Below are positions 17,594-26,543 of a stretch of DNA of 57,111 nucleotides, piece by piece. The notes below the pieces were generated by a model, which saw nothing but the letters and a program-made list of their open reading frames with translations, had not been told where the DNA came from and searched no databases. The position numbers and the translations under genes are program-made. Source of the stretch: an archaeon (lineage in GTDB: Archaea; Iainarchaeota; Iainarchaeia; Iainarchaeales; JAAZKV01). Position 1 is the stretch's first letter; each line of letters starts with the position of its first letter. Location: positions 1 through 57,111 of the forward strand of contig JAVHOV010000007.1 of the NCBI GenBank assembly GCA_036170245.1, read 5' to 3'.

Positions 17594-18505
17594 ATGGATG
17601 CCTTTTCCATTTTTGATAATGCTCATACTTGGTTAAATAGAGGGGTTTTTGTTCATGGAACTTCTTTTGAGATAAAAGAAATCCTATTGCATCTTACTAT
17701 TCCTTTTGTTATTAAAAAACTCAAAATAAAATACAATAAATTAAAAGAATGGGCAAGCGGTAGAAAGCCAATTTCAATTAGCGACCTAACAAAATTAGTT
17801 GAATTATGCCCCGTTGATTTAAGTAATTCCATAAAGTCAAAATTGAGTCTAAAGGACTTACGATTTAGTTGTAAATACTCCCCTCATAAAGTAAAATTCC
17901 CCTTAACTATTTCTGAAAATTTAGCATACATTATAGGAATTATACTTGGCGATGGGACTTTAAGCGGAAATAAAAATAAAAAGAAAAGTTGGGTAATAAG
18001 GGTTTATTTTGATAATCTTCAGCACAGACTAATTTTTAATGAATTAATGGAGAAAGAATTTGGAATACAACCAATTAATAGCCAAAGAAAAAAGAATTGC
18101 TTTGAATCAACAATAGCTTCAAAAATTATTTATCTTTATATTAGCAATTATTTTAATTTACATGTTGGGAGAAAAGCAAATAAAATAGAGTTCCCAAATA
18201 ACTTACTTAGCGGATCTAATGAGATAAAATGTGCTTTAATCCAAGGGTTATTTGATTCTGATGGAACAATAACTCACGGCGCAGTCAAATATTCAACAAC
18301 AAGTAAGATAATGGCTGAACAAGTCAGAACAGTTCTTTTGGAAATGAACATAGATACAGGGCTAAATGTTTGGCTTAAAGATGCAAAATACTTTCCTTTA
18401 TATATAGTTTCGATAAAATCAGGGAAGAATAAACTGATTTTTGCAGAAAAAATTGGGTTCAAACACCCAATTAAAAAGATTTTGCTTGAAGATTTATTTT
18501 ATTAG
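17594..18505 (+). CDS. Double-motif LAGLIDADG homing endonuclease, free-standing
   Basis: LAGLIDADG motifs LAYIIGIILGDGTL (about 17921-17962) and ALIQGLFDSDGTI (about 18233-18271). N-terminal extension of about 110 aa. The stop codon at 18503-18505 overlaps tRNA-Gln nt 1-2. Confidence 0.85.
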   Translation: MDAFSIFDNAHTWLNRGVFVHGTSFEIKEILLHLTIPFVIKKLKIKYNKLKEWASGRKPISISDLTKLVELCPVDLSNSIKSKLSLKDLRFSCKYSPHKVKFPLTISENLAYIIGIILGDGTLSGNKNKKKSWVIRVYFDNLQHRLIFNELMEKEFGIQPINSQRKKNCFESTIASKIIYLYISNYFNLHVGRKANKIEFPNNLLSGSNEIKCALIQGLFDSDGTITHGAVKYSTTSKIMAEQVRTVLLEMNIDTGLNVWLKDAKYFPLYIVSIKSGKNKLIFAEKIGFKHPIKKILLEDLFY

Positions 18506-18621
18506 CCCCTTCGTCCAGTGGCCAAGGATGATACCCTCTGGTAGTTTTTGATAAGAACTAACAAAAAAGTTTTGTTTTTTGGAGTAAGGTATAGACCCCA
18601 GTTCGAATCTGGGAGGGGCTA
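18504..18621 (+). tRNA. tRNA-Gln (anticodon CUG) with 45-nt intron (18542-18586)
   Basis: Acceptor AGCCCCU/AGGGGCU (A1-U72, as is typical of archaeal tRNA-Gln), D-arm GUCC-AGUGGCCAA-GGAU, anticodon stem AUACC/GGUAU, loop CUCUGG^A split by the intron, T-arm CCCAG-UUCGAAU-CUGGG. The intron 3' end UUGGAG pairs with CUCUGG. Confidence 0.85.
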
Positions 18622-18634
18622 TTTAACCTTTTTT
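18609..18634 (+). repeat. Direct repeat copy 1: tRNA-Gln 3' end plus trailer
   Basis: CTGGGAGGGGCTATTTAACCTTTTTT covers the T-stem 3' strand, the acceptor 3' strand and the trailer. Confidence 0.6.
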
Positions 18635-18736
18635 GATCAGTTTTTAGTTTCCCCGAGGGATTTTTTCCAGCAAAACAAAGCTTTGCTTTGTGAAGCGCCC
18701 CAAAACAATGCTTTTGGAGTGCAGGAAAAAAAGGCT

Positions 18737-18767
18737 CTGGTTGGGGGGGCTATTTTAACCTTTTTTT
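18737..18767 (+). repeat. Direct repeat copy 2: degenerate duplicate of the tRNA-Gln 3' end
   Basis: CTGGTTGGGGGGGCTATTTTAACCTTTTTTT lies 128 nt downstream of copy 1. There is no T-loop or other tRNA parts upstream of it. Confidence 0.6.
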
Positions 18768-18819
18768 AATAAATTTTAATTAAATAGCATAAAAATGGTT
18801 TTTTAAAAAAATAAAAAGA

Positions 18820-18840
18820 GTGATACTTTTAGGGTATCAC
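18820..18840 (-). terminator. Hairpin plus oligo-T terminator of the 115-aa gene
   Basis: GTGATAC-n7-GTATCAC overlaps the stop codon. On the minus strand it is followed by TCTTTTTATTTTTTT. Confidence 0.5.
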
Positions 18841-19184
18841 TTTCTTTTCTTTTTTGCTTGTGCTTTTAGTCTTGCTATTTCTGCTTTTAATGCATCAGCT
18901 TCTTTTTTTGTGATTACTGGGCTTTTTTCTTTTGCTTTTTTTAAAGCACTTTTTACTTTATTTTCTAGTTCTTTTTCTTTTCTTTTTGATGCTGCAACTA
19001 AGTTACTTACTGCTTGTTTTGCATCTTTTTCAGAAACGTTTTGTTTCTTGCTTATGCTCTTGATTGTTTTTTCTAAAGCATCTTTACTGATTATTGCAAG
19101 GCCTAAGCCAAGCTTTGTTGCTTGTTCAACAACTTTTTCTACTTGCTTTTCATCAAATCCACTTATTTTTTGTTTTGCACTCAT
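18837..19184 (-). CDS. Small Lys-rich helical (phasin-like) protein, function unknown
   Basis: 115-aa ORF with ATG start, K/E/A-rich helices and a poly-basic C-terminus. It lies immediately downstream of the ABC1 kinase gene. Confidence 0.5.
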   Translation of the reverse strand: MSAKQKISGFDEKQVEKVVEQATKLGLGLAIISKDALEKTIKSISKKQNVSEKDAKQAVSNLVAASKRKEKELENKVKSALKKAKEKSPVITKKEADALKAEIARLKAQAKKKRK

Positions 19185-19197
19185 GTTATTACCTCCT

Positions 19198-20868
19198 TTA
19201 AATTACTTCAATTTTTTTCATTGAACTAAATACAAGCAGTATTCCTAAGACTGCACTTACTCCAAAACCTAACACAGTTATGATTGGAAGTCCGTTTATA
19301 TGCATGCTATTGGTTGCAAGCATTGCAATAGATGATCCTACTATTAAACAGCCAAGTATTATTGCCAAGACAATTTTGTTTGATATGTGTTCAAGTTCGT
19401 GGGCAAATATATCAAGGTTTTTGTGTTCAAATTCTACTTTTATTTTTCCGCCCTCAATTTTTGCAAGTATATTTCTTATGGTTCTTGGAATTACTCTTGT
19501 CATTCCTTCCATTTCAAGTACTTCAGTTTTTATCTTATCAAATATCTTTGCAGGGTTTAATTTTTGTGCTGCAAGTTTTTGTGCATATGGCTTGAAGGTT
19601 TCTACTGCGTTAAAAGTCGGATCCAATTTTTGTGCAGTTCCTTCAACCAAAAGTAATGATCTGCTCAGCATTGTGTATTCTTTAGGGATTCTTATTTTGT
19701 ATCTTGTCAATAGTAGCATTAGTTGTGTTGCTGTTTCACCTAATTTGATTTCCTGCAAATCAAGTCCGTAATAGCTTTGCATTAAATCAGATATCTCCAT
19801 TTTTAAATTATCAAGGTTCGTTCCTTCATCGATTAAGTTCATTATTGTTAATTGATTGATTATATTTTTTACATCGCAATCAATCATGTAAATAAATAAT
19901 TTTGACAAATCGTTTATGCTTTCTTCTTCAATCCATCCAACCATTCCAAAATCAACAAACGCTAATTTGTTTCCTTTCATTGCAAGCATGTTTCCTGGGT
20001 GCAAGTCGGCATGGAAGAATCCATAAACTAACACTTGTTTGAAGTAAGCTTCTGCCCCTATTCTTGCAAGTAATGGCTTATCAAACCCCAAGTCGCCTTC
20101 TTTTTCAATTAGTTCTGTGAATGGAGTTCCTTTAATGAAGCTCATAGTAATTATTCTTTTTGAAGATAAATCATGGTAATAAGTGGGTATAACTATTTTT
20201 GGATCATTTAGGTACATTTCAGTAAATCTCATTATATTTTTTCCTTCAAGTTCGAAGTTCAATTCTTTTATTATGCTTCTTTCAAACTCTTCAACTATTT
20301 CAGGTAGTTTAAATTCTTGCCATGCTTGGTTATGTTTTTGGGCAAGCTCGGCAATGTAATGCATTATTTGTAAATCCTGTTTTATTTTTTCCTCAATATT
20401 TGGTCTTTGTATTTTTACTACAACTTGTTTTCCGCTTTTTGTTACTGCTCTATGCACTTGTGCTATTGATGCTGATGCAAGAGGTTTTTTCTCAAATGAT
20501 TTGTATGCTTCTTCAACTGTTTTGCCCAGTTCTTTTTTCACTTGTTTTTCTACTTCTTCATAAGGGAAGGGTTTTACTTCTTCTTGTAATTTTGATAATT
20601 CATGAGAAAAAGGCTGGCCCACTAAATCAGGTCTTGTACTTAATATTTGCCCTAATTTTACAAAAGTCGGGCCAAGTTCTTCAAGAACCATTCTTGCTCT
20701 TTCGAAAGAATTGTATACCTTAATTAATTCATTTTTCTTTCTGATAAAAGGAATGCTTCTTTCAAGTTTGGTGTTTTCTGAAACAAATTCAAATCCATAT
20801 TTTGTAAGAATTTTTACAATTTCTTTTGCTCTTTTTGAACTGAGCTTCTCTTTTTTGAACAGACTCAT
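19198..20868 (-). CDS. ABC1/UbiB-family atypical kinase with C-terminal TM helices
   Basis: [24 protein letters not shown] and FVDFGMVG motifs. Confidence 0.85.
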   Translation of the reverse strand: MSLFKKEKLSSKRAKEIVKILTKYGFEFVSENTKLERSIPFIRKKNELIKVYNSFERARMVLEELGPTFVKLGQILSTRPDLVGQPFSHELSKLQEEVKPFPYEEVEKQVKKELGKTVEEAYKSFEKKPLASASIAQVHRAVTKSGKQVVVKIQRPNIEEKIKQDLQIMHYIAELAQKHNQAWQEFKLPEIVEEFERSIIKELNFELEGKNIMRFTEMYLNDPKIVIPTYYHDLSSKRIITMSFIKGTPFTELIEKEGDLGFDKPLLARIGAEAYFKQVLVYGFFHADLHPGNMLAMKGNKLAFVDFGMVGWIEEESINDLSKLFIYMIDCDVKNIINQLTIMNLIDEGTNLDNLKMEISDLMQSYYGLDLQEIKLGETATQLMLLLTRYKIRIPKEYTMLSRSLLLVEGTAQKLDPTFNAVETFKPYAQKLAAQKLNPAKIFDKIKTEVLEMEGMTRVIPRTIRNILAKIEGGKIKVEFEHKNLDIFAHELEHISNKIVLAIILGCLIVGSSIAMLATNSMHINGLPIITVLGFGVSAVLGILLVFSSMKKIEVI

Positions 20869-20939
20869 ACTTCTAGAATAAAGAATTTGGGGTATTTGAA
20901 CCTATCGGTTTAGAATTTTTTCAAAAAAAAGATTTTGAT

Positions 20940-22691
20940 TTAATTTGACAAAAACCTTTTTTGAATAACTTCTTTTGCTATTGGAAGCAAAGTGAATATT
21001 ACTGCAAATATTATTAATAGTCCAATTTGGGTTAGGGGAATAATTCCTCCTAAAGTGTTTATTTTTGTTGCACTTACTGCATAATTGAATGGAATAAACG
21101 GAGTAAATAAATCAAATGGGGGGTTGAGTGTTTGTTGTGGCCATAGTGTTCCTCCTGAGCTTATCATAAAAACTGCCAGAAGGCTGACTATTGGGGAATA
21201 GAGTTGGAGGTGAGCAAAGTCAAAGTCGTTTGAAATAATTAATGCGATTCCCCTGCATATTGACACAAATACTAAATTTATTATTAGCAATAAAAAGAAT
21301 AATGAAATTATTCCTCCATTTGATGGGAAATTCATTAGAATGTAAAAAACAGTTATGACTACAGTTTGCATTGCTGCAATTATTATTGAAAAGATTGCTT
21401 CATTTTTTATTTTGGATGTTTTTAAAAATGCATATCCGCTTGCAGCTCCTAAAAATAATCCTAATATTATAAATGCTGTTGCAAAGAATGTTCCATAATT
21501 GTTTTTGTTTGCTTCTCTTATGTCTAGAGTTATTTTTGGAGAGTTTTCTAGAGTACTTGAAGCAGTGACTAATTGTTCGGCTAGTTTTTGCTCTTTTTCT
21601 TTTAATAGCTCTTCTCCGTTAAGCACTTTGTTATTTCCATTAATTAGTTCTGTTACTCCTTGGCTTACTTTTTCTGTGTTATATGCTAGGGTTTTTGTTT
21701 CTGAACTTATTTTTTGAGCATTGTCTGCTGCTAAGTACATTCCATTTTGTGCTTGGTTTACTCCTGCTCTTGCAGTTAGTAATCCGCTTGATAAAGCATC
21801 TGCTCCGCTTTTGATTTGGAGTAGTCCTGATTTTTGAGCTGCTATTAAGTACAGTAAAGTGGTTTTGTTTGAAGTAGAAATATTGCTGTCTGAATTTATT
21901 ATTGCTGTCAAACTGTCGCTTAGTGGGTATAACTGCCCTGCTCCGTTTGATATTGCAATGCTTGCGCTTTTTGCATCAGTTAATCCATTGATTAATTTAT
22001 TTTGAGAGGTTCCTCCGCCATAAAGAGCATCTGAAAGTGTATTGTTTGCAAGAGAGATTTCGTTAGTGTATTCTGAAATTTTTTGTGTTGAGGATTTTAT
22101 TTCTTCTTCTCCTTGAATTATTTTTTGGGTTCCAAGATTTAATTGATTTAATGCTAGGGCACTAGTTTTTTCCTGAGTTGAAATTAAGTTTAATGCATTG
22201 CTTGTTTCAGATAGAGTTTGTTCTTTTATTTTCAGGTTTATTTTATCTATTGCTGCTGAAAAGTAGGAATTTAGTACTCTTGCAACAATGTAACTCTGTT
22301 GTTCATCCACCACAAAAAATATTTCTACATTTTTTCCTTCACTTATTCTATCACTTGTTCCGCTTGGAATTACTATTGCGCCGTATGCTTTTCCTTCTTG
22401 AATTTGTGTAAGGGCATAAGCATAATTTGCTGTGCTGAATTTGTATGCATTTGTTGCAAGAAGGGTATTCTCAATTGTTTTTGAGAATTCTTTTTGGTCT
22501 TCATTTATTAAAAGTATTTTTGTTTGGTCTAAATTGTCCATTGGTTGGTAAAATGCGCCTACATAAAGCACAAACAGAATTGAGGGTATTAGAATTAACC
22601 CTATTAGCATAAGTTTCTTTGACAAAATATTTTTGGAATCTTTTATTATGCTTTGTTTATTTTTAGAAATCCATTTTTGAACAAGATCCAT
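20940..22691 (-). CDS. YhgE/Pip-domain membrane protein
   Basis: N-terminal TM helix, ABC-2-like N-domain (AYGAIVIPSGTSD), a long Q/N/S/L-rich helical ectodomain and a C-terminal cluster of about 5 TM helices. Confidence 0.6.
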   Translation of the reverse strand: MDLVQKWISKNKQSIIKDSKNILSKKLMLIGLILIPSILFVLYVGAFYQPMDNLDQTKILLINEDQKEFSKTIENTLLATNAYKFSTANYAYALTQIQEGKAYGAIVIPSGTSDRISEGKNVEIFFVVDEQQSYIVARVLNSYFSAAIDKINLKIKEQTLSETSNALNLISTQEKTSALALNQLNLGTQKIIQGEEEIKSSTQKISEYTNEISLANNTLSDALYGGGTSQNKLINGLTDAKSASIAISNGAGQLYPLSDSLTAIINSDSNISTSNKTTLLYLIAAQKSGLLQIKSGADALSSGLLTARAGVNQAQNGMYLAADNAQKISSETKTLAYNTEKVSQGVTELINGNNKVLNGEELLKEKEQKLAEQLVTASSTLENSPKITLDIREANKNNYGTFFATAFIILGLFLGAASGYAFLKTSKIKNEAIFSIIIAAMQTVVITVFYILMNFPSNGGIISLFFLLLIINLVFVSICRGIALIISNDFDFAHLQLYSPIVSLLAVFMISSGGTLWPQQTLNPPFDLFTPFIPFNYAVSATKINTLGGIIPLTQIGLLIIFAVIFTLLPIAKEVIQKRFLSN

Positions 22692-23746
22692 CCGACCACC
22701 AAAAGTATTATTGCTGTTATTAATCCTATGATTATTCCTTCATTATTTGTAAAATTTATTTCACTGTTGTTTGTCTGCGAGAATGATTCCTTTCCTTCTA
22801 TCCAGTTTGATTCAATTTGTATATTTGCTTTTCCACTATTGCTGTTTTCTATTTGGAAAACTACTTCTTTTTCTCCGACAAAGTCTCCTAAAAATTCAAC
22901 AGTTGAGGAGTTGATTAATGCAGTATTAGTCACTTTCAAATATAATTTTTCTGCAGCGACACCGCTGTTTGTTACTTTTACTTTGTAATAGCTTTTTCCT
23001 GTGTTAAGTTCAGTTTGAAGAGGAATAATTTGGATATTTGCCTTTGCTTTTTTTTCAATGTATATATTTAGCGGAGAACTGAATGAAACTTCACTTGATA
23101 TAATCGTTAAAGTAATTTCAGTGTTTCCCTGTTTGCAGTTAACATACCCATTTATTGGAATTGAAATATTTCCATCTATGCTTGAAAAGTATTGGATTGA
23201 ATTTTCAAATGAAATGCATGTTGAGTACAGACTTATTTGTGCTTGGTGTATGTTTTTTGCAGTGATTAAAAGATTGAAAATATTATTTTCATTTTGGATT
23301 GCTTTATTTGTAATTGAAGCGTTTGTTATGAAGGATTCTTTTACTTCTATTGGAATTGTTTCTGTATAGGTCTCTTCAACTAGGTTCAAGTGTGCGTTTT
23401 CATCTAGTCTATAGTTTCCGGTCCCGTCCTGCCAGTTAAAATTTATTATATAGATTCCTGATTTTGCAGTTGATTGGATTGGAATTGATATTTCATGAAG
23501 TCCGTTTGGTGGAAGAGTTGTATTGATATCAGTGCATTTAAATTCAAGAGGGCAGTTTAGGTCAATTGAAAGATTGTCTATTGTCTGGTTTGTTGTATTT
23601 TTTAGGGTGACAAATAATATAAAATCCTGACTTGGTGTTGGATTTTCACTTAGTCGGTATGAATTTACATAAGTGTCTGAAGCATATGCTTGGGTAATAA
23701 GTAAAAGTAGCGACAGTAAAATTAAGCAGATTTGGTTTATTTTCAT
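22646..23746 (-). CDS. Secreted, C-terminally anchored protein with repeated beta-sandwich (CARDB/NEW3-like) domains
   Basis: Signal peptide MKINQICLILLSLLLLITQAYA, N/T/S-rich beta repeats and a C-terminal TM helix IIIGLITAIILLVVGWILF. The start abuts the PadR stop (TAAATG). Confidence 0.45.
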   Translation of the reverse strand: MKINQICLILLSLLLLITQAYASDTYVNSYRLSENPTPSQDFILFVTLKNTTNQTIDNLSIDLNCPLEFKCTDINTTLPPNGLHEISIPIQSTAKSGIYIINFNWQDGTGNYRLDENAHLNLVEETYTETIPIEVKESFITNASITNKAIQNENNIFNLLITAKNIHQAQISLYSTCISFENSIQYFSSIDGNISIPINGYVNCKQGNTEITLTIISSEVSFSSPLNIYIEKKAKANIQIIPLQTELNTGKSYYKVKVTNSGVAAEKLYLKVTNTALINSSTVEFLGDFVGEKEVVFQIENSNSGKANIQIESNWIEGKESFSQTNNSEINFTNNEGIIIGLITAIILLVVGWILFKNGFLKINKA

Positions 23747-24085
23747 TTAAAATCCTCCTTTAATCATTGAATTGAAGAATTTTTTCACTTCTTCGTTTTT
23801 GAAGTACTCAGAAATTCTGTTGAGTTCACTAATTCCTTTTTTTGTAGTTTTGTAAGTGTAAGTTGTTCGTTTTGCATTTGTCTTTTTCCTTTCAATCAAT
23901 TTGTTTTCCATTAAGTAATTTATTATTGGGTAAAATGATCCTGTGCTCCAATTAGTTAAAAGAATAGTTTTTCCTTTGCCCATAAGACTGTATCCTGTCT
24001 CTTCGCCGTTTATGCATGAGTAAAGAATGAATGCGCTTATGATTCCTTTTCCTATAACATTGCCTTTTTTCAAACAAATCACCAT
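23747..24085 (-). CDS. PadR-family transcriptional regulator
   Basis: ETGYSLMG...WSTGSFYPIINYLMENKLIERK is a typical PadR winged helix. Confidence 0.7.
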   Translation of the reverse strand: MVICLKKGNVIGKGIISAFILYSCINGEETGYSLMGKGKTILLTNWSTGSFYPIINYLMENKLIERKKTNAKRTTYTYKTTKKGISELNRISEYFKNEEVKKFFNSMIKGGF

Positions 24086-24167
24086 ACATCTTTATTAGAT
24101 ATATCTGTTATAGATATAGATTTATAAAGCTTGCTTTTAATTTGTTTGAACCCTTGTTTTTTTGATA

Positions 24168-25370
24168 TTATTTAGTTTCTTTAACAAAGTAGAGTAGTAA
24201 TATTGAAACTAAAGTCAGTATTAAGGACAATTCAAAGGGGACAGTTTTTCCCATGTTGTCCCAAAGGATTCCTGCAATAAGTGATGCAGGAAGTGCGCAA
24301 AGTCCAATGCACATTTGAAACCCCCCTAGAGCACTTGCTTTGTATTTTTCTGGTGCAAGTTCGCTAACAAAAGTTGTTTGTATTGGGGCAAGAGCCGCCT
24401 GGTGCAGTCCGTATAAAACAAAGGTCAATGGTATTGCCCACCAAGTGTTAAAGAAAATAAATACTATGCAGGTTAGTGCCCAAAGAATTAATGCTAAATA
24501 CATTCCGTTTTTTCTTCCGATTCGGTCGGATAGTTTTCCAAAAGGTATTGAAAAGAATGCTGCAAAAATAACATAAATCAAATAAAGCAGAGGGATTACT
24601 ACTGCGCTATATCCTGCTTTGCTTGCAAATATTAACAAGAAAGAATAACTAAATGACCCTAGTGCGAAAATAGAACTTAAGATCAGGAATAATTTAAAGT
24701 TTTTAGTTAAATTGCTGAGTTTAATTCCTTTGTATAATTTTATTTTTGTATCTTTTTTTTCTTTAATGTAATAATATACAAGCACTACGCTTATTAGTGA
24801 TGGAATTGCTGCCAGTATAAAGAATGTTTGGTATCCTATTAAGTTTGCAAACAGAATACATAGAATTATTCCTATTACTCCTCCTAGTTTGTCCATTCCT
24901 TTTATTATTCCAAAATGTTTTCCTCGGTTTGTGTGATCTGAATCATCAGCAATAATTGCATCTCTTGGAGAATCTCTTATTTTTCCGGCTCTATCAAGTA
25001 TTCTGTATGGTATTATCATTGGCCAGCTTGTGGTTACTGCATATCCAATTCTTGACAATGCGCCAAGCAAATATCCTAGCCAAATGAATACTTTTCTTCG
25101 CTTTAATCTGTCAGAGGCATAACCGCTTGCTGCTTGAGATAGTGAAACTAATGCATCTCCTAATCCATCAACAAGCCCTAAAATTGACATGTTTGCGCCA
25201 AGAACTGTTGTTAAAAAAAGCGGCCAAATCGGATAAATCATATTTGCTCCTAAATCGTTTAAGAGGGAAGCAAATCCAAATATCTTTACCGATCTTGGAC
25301 TTTCAGTATTAGTAGCTTTATTTTTTTTAGAAGTAATTTTTTTAACAATCTTTTTGTTTAACTTTGGCAT
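24168..25370 (-). CDS. MFS transporter
   Basis: 400-aa ORF with about 12 TM helices and the MFS loop motif ASDRLKRRKVF / LSDRIGRKNGM. Confidence 0.75.
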   Translation of the reverse strand: MPKLNKKIVKKITSKKNKATNTESPRSVKIFGFASLLNDLGANMIYPIWPLFLTTVLGANMSILGLVDGLGDALVSLSQAASGYASDRLKRRKVFIWLGYLLGALSRIGYAVTTSWPMIIPYRILDRAGKIRDSPRDAIIADDSDHTNRGKHFGIIKGMDKLGGVIGIILCILFANLIGYQTFFILAAIPSLISVVLVYYYIKEKKDTKIKLYKGIKLSNLTKNFKLFLILSSIFALGSFSYSFLLIFASKAGYSAVVIPLLYLIYVIFAAFFSIPFGKLSDRIGRKNGMYLALILWALTCIVFIFFNTWWAIPLTFVLYGLHQAALAPIQTTFVSELAPEKYKASALGGFQMCIGLCALPASLIAGILWDNMGKTVPFELSLILTLVSILLLYFVKETK

Positions 25371-25420
25371 ATTACAAAAATAGTTTTTTGAATTAATAAG
25401 CTTTTTTAGGAGGATTAATT

Positions 25421-26467
25421 TTATTCTAATTGGATTAGTTCGTAGGATTTGCTTCCTAGGCCAATTTTTTCTGCATAATCTAGTGTGTGTTCTCCGCTGA
25501 ATAATTTTTTTCCTTCTTTCTTTCTTACTAAATCAAGACTTGCTTTGTCAATTGCAACAGGGTCAAGTGAAGCAAGTATTCCAATATCTTTTGCAATTGG
25601 TTTTTGTACTCCTCCGTGGCAGTCACAGTCTTTTGTTATATTAAAAATAAAATTTATGTAAATTACTTTTTTTCCTTTTTGTGCAGCAAGTGCGTATTCT
25701 GCCAATTTTTCATAAAATTCATTAGGGAGAGTGCTTGCCCAATTTACATGTATTGCACCAAATGGGCACATGGCAATGCATTTTGCGCATCCTATACATT
25801 TTGAATAATCAATGTGTGGAATTAATTCATCAATTTTGCATGCATCTACTGGACAGTTTTTTACACAAGTGTGGCATTTTTTGCATTCAAGCGGATTTAG
25901 TATCGGCTTTGACTGTGCGTGCATAGCAAGCTTTCCTCCGCGTGCAGCACACCCCATTCCAAGTTGTTTTATGGCTGCTCCAAATCCTGCAAGCATGTGT
26001 CCCTTGAAGTGAGCAAGAACTATCATTTGTTTTTGCTTTGCTATTTCTTTTCCGATTTTGCATTCTTTGAAATGTTTTGTTTTGTCTTTTGAAATATCAA
26101 CTCGGGTATATTCTTCCCCTGTTTCTCCATCTGCAATAACTATTGGTAATTGTGTGAAGCCATGTTCTTCTGCAATTTTTAAGTGATCTTCTCTTTTTGT
26201 TCTCTTTCCCCTGTATAAAACATTTGTTTCAATGTAAAATGCGTCAGCTTTTTTCTCTTTCAAATATTTTATTATTCCTAAATAGTTTTTTGGTTCTATG
26301 AAAGTATTATTGCCTTCTTCTCCAAAGTGGACTTTGATTGGAATTTTTTTATTAAAATCTAAAACTTTATCTTCTTCTTGTATTGTTTGTAAAAGTTTTT
26401 TTGCACTTTCGCTGATTTTTTCAGTTTCTTTGTAAGAATCAATTGGGATAAAATATACTTTTGACAT
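25421..26467 (-). CDS. DUF362-domain protein with 2x[4Fe-4S] ferredoxin insert
   Basis: CKKCHTCVKNCP and CIGCAKCIAMCP cluster motifs lie inside a DUF362-like scaffold. ATG at 26467 (MSKVYF) is preferred over the GTG at 26476. Confidence 0.65.
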   Translation of the reverse strand: MSKVYFIPIDSYKETEKISESAKKLLQTIQEEDKVLDFNKKIPIKVHFGEEGNNTFIEPKNYLGIIKYLKEKKADAFYIETNVLYRGKRTKREDHLKIAEEHGFTQLPIVIADGETGEEYTRVDISKDKTKHFKECKIGKEIAKQKQMIVLAHFKGHMLAGFGAAIKQLGMGCAARGGKLAMHAQSKPILNPLECKKCHTCVKNCPVDACKIDELIPHIDYSKCIGCAKCIAMCPFGAIHVNWASTLPNEFYEKLAEYALAAQKGKKVIYINFIFNITKDCDCHGGVQKPIAKDIGILASLDPVAIDKASLDLVRKKEGKKLFSGEHTLDYAEKIGLGSKSYELIQLE

Positions 26468-26543
26468 TTTGTTCACTTTTTTAATCAGTTATCTTTTGAT
26501 TAAATTCAATTAAATAGTTTTGTTTTAATGAAAATTGATTAGT

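Noticed and set aside
18737-18767. Second copy of the tRNA-Gln 3' end as a 3' half of a split (trans-spliced) tRNA
   Set aside because: No T-loop (UUCRAAU), T-stem 5' strand or GC-rich complementary leader precedes it. A duplication or att scar is more parsimonious.
18548-18769. 73-aa + strand ORF
   Set aside because: It lies across the tRNA-Gln intron, the 3' exon and the repeat-containing spacer. The tRNA fold explains the sequence.
18820-19224. 134-aa + strand ORF; also 19280-19771, 19332-19595 and 20322-20723
   Set aside because: They are antisense to the Lys-rich 115-aa gene and the ABC1 kinase gene. They are F/L/S-rich shadow ORFs without motifs.
22646-22691. 46-nt overlap between the 366-aa secreted-protein gene and the YhgE/Pip gene as evidence of a frameshifted fusion
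   Set aside because: Both ORFs have their own ATG and plausible termini. YhgE may simply initiate at a downstream Met (for example at 22610).
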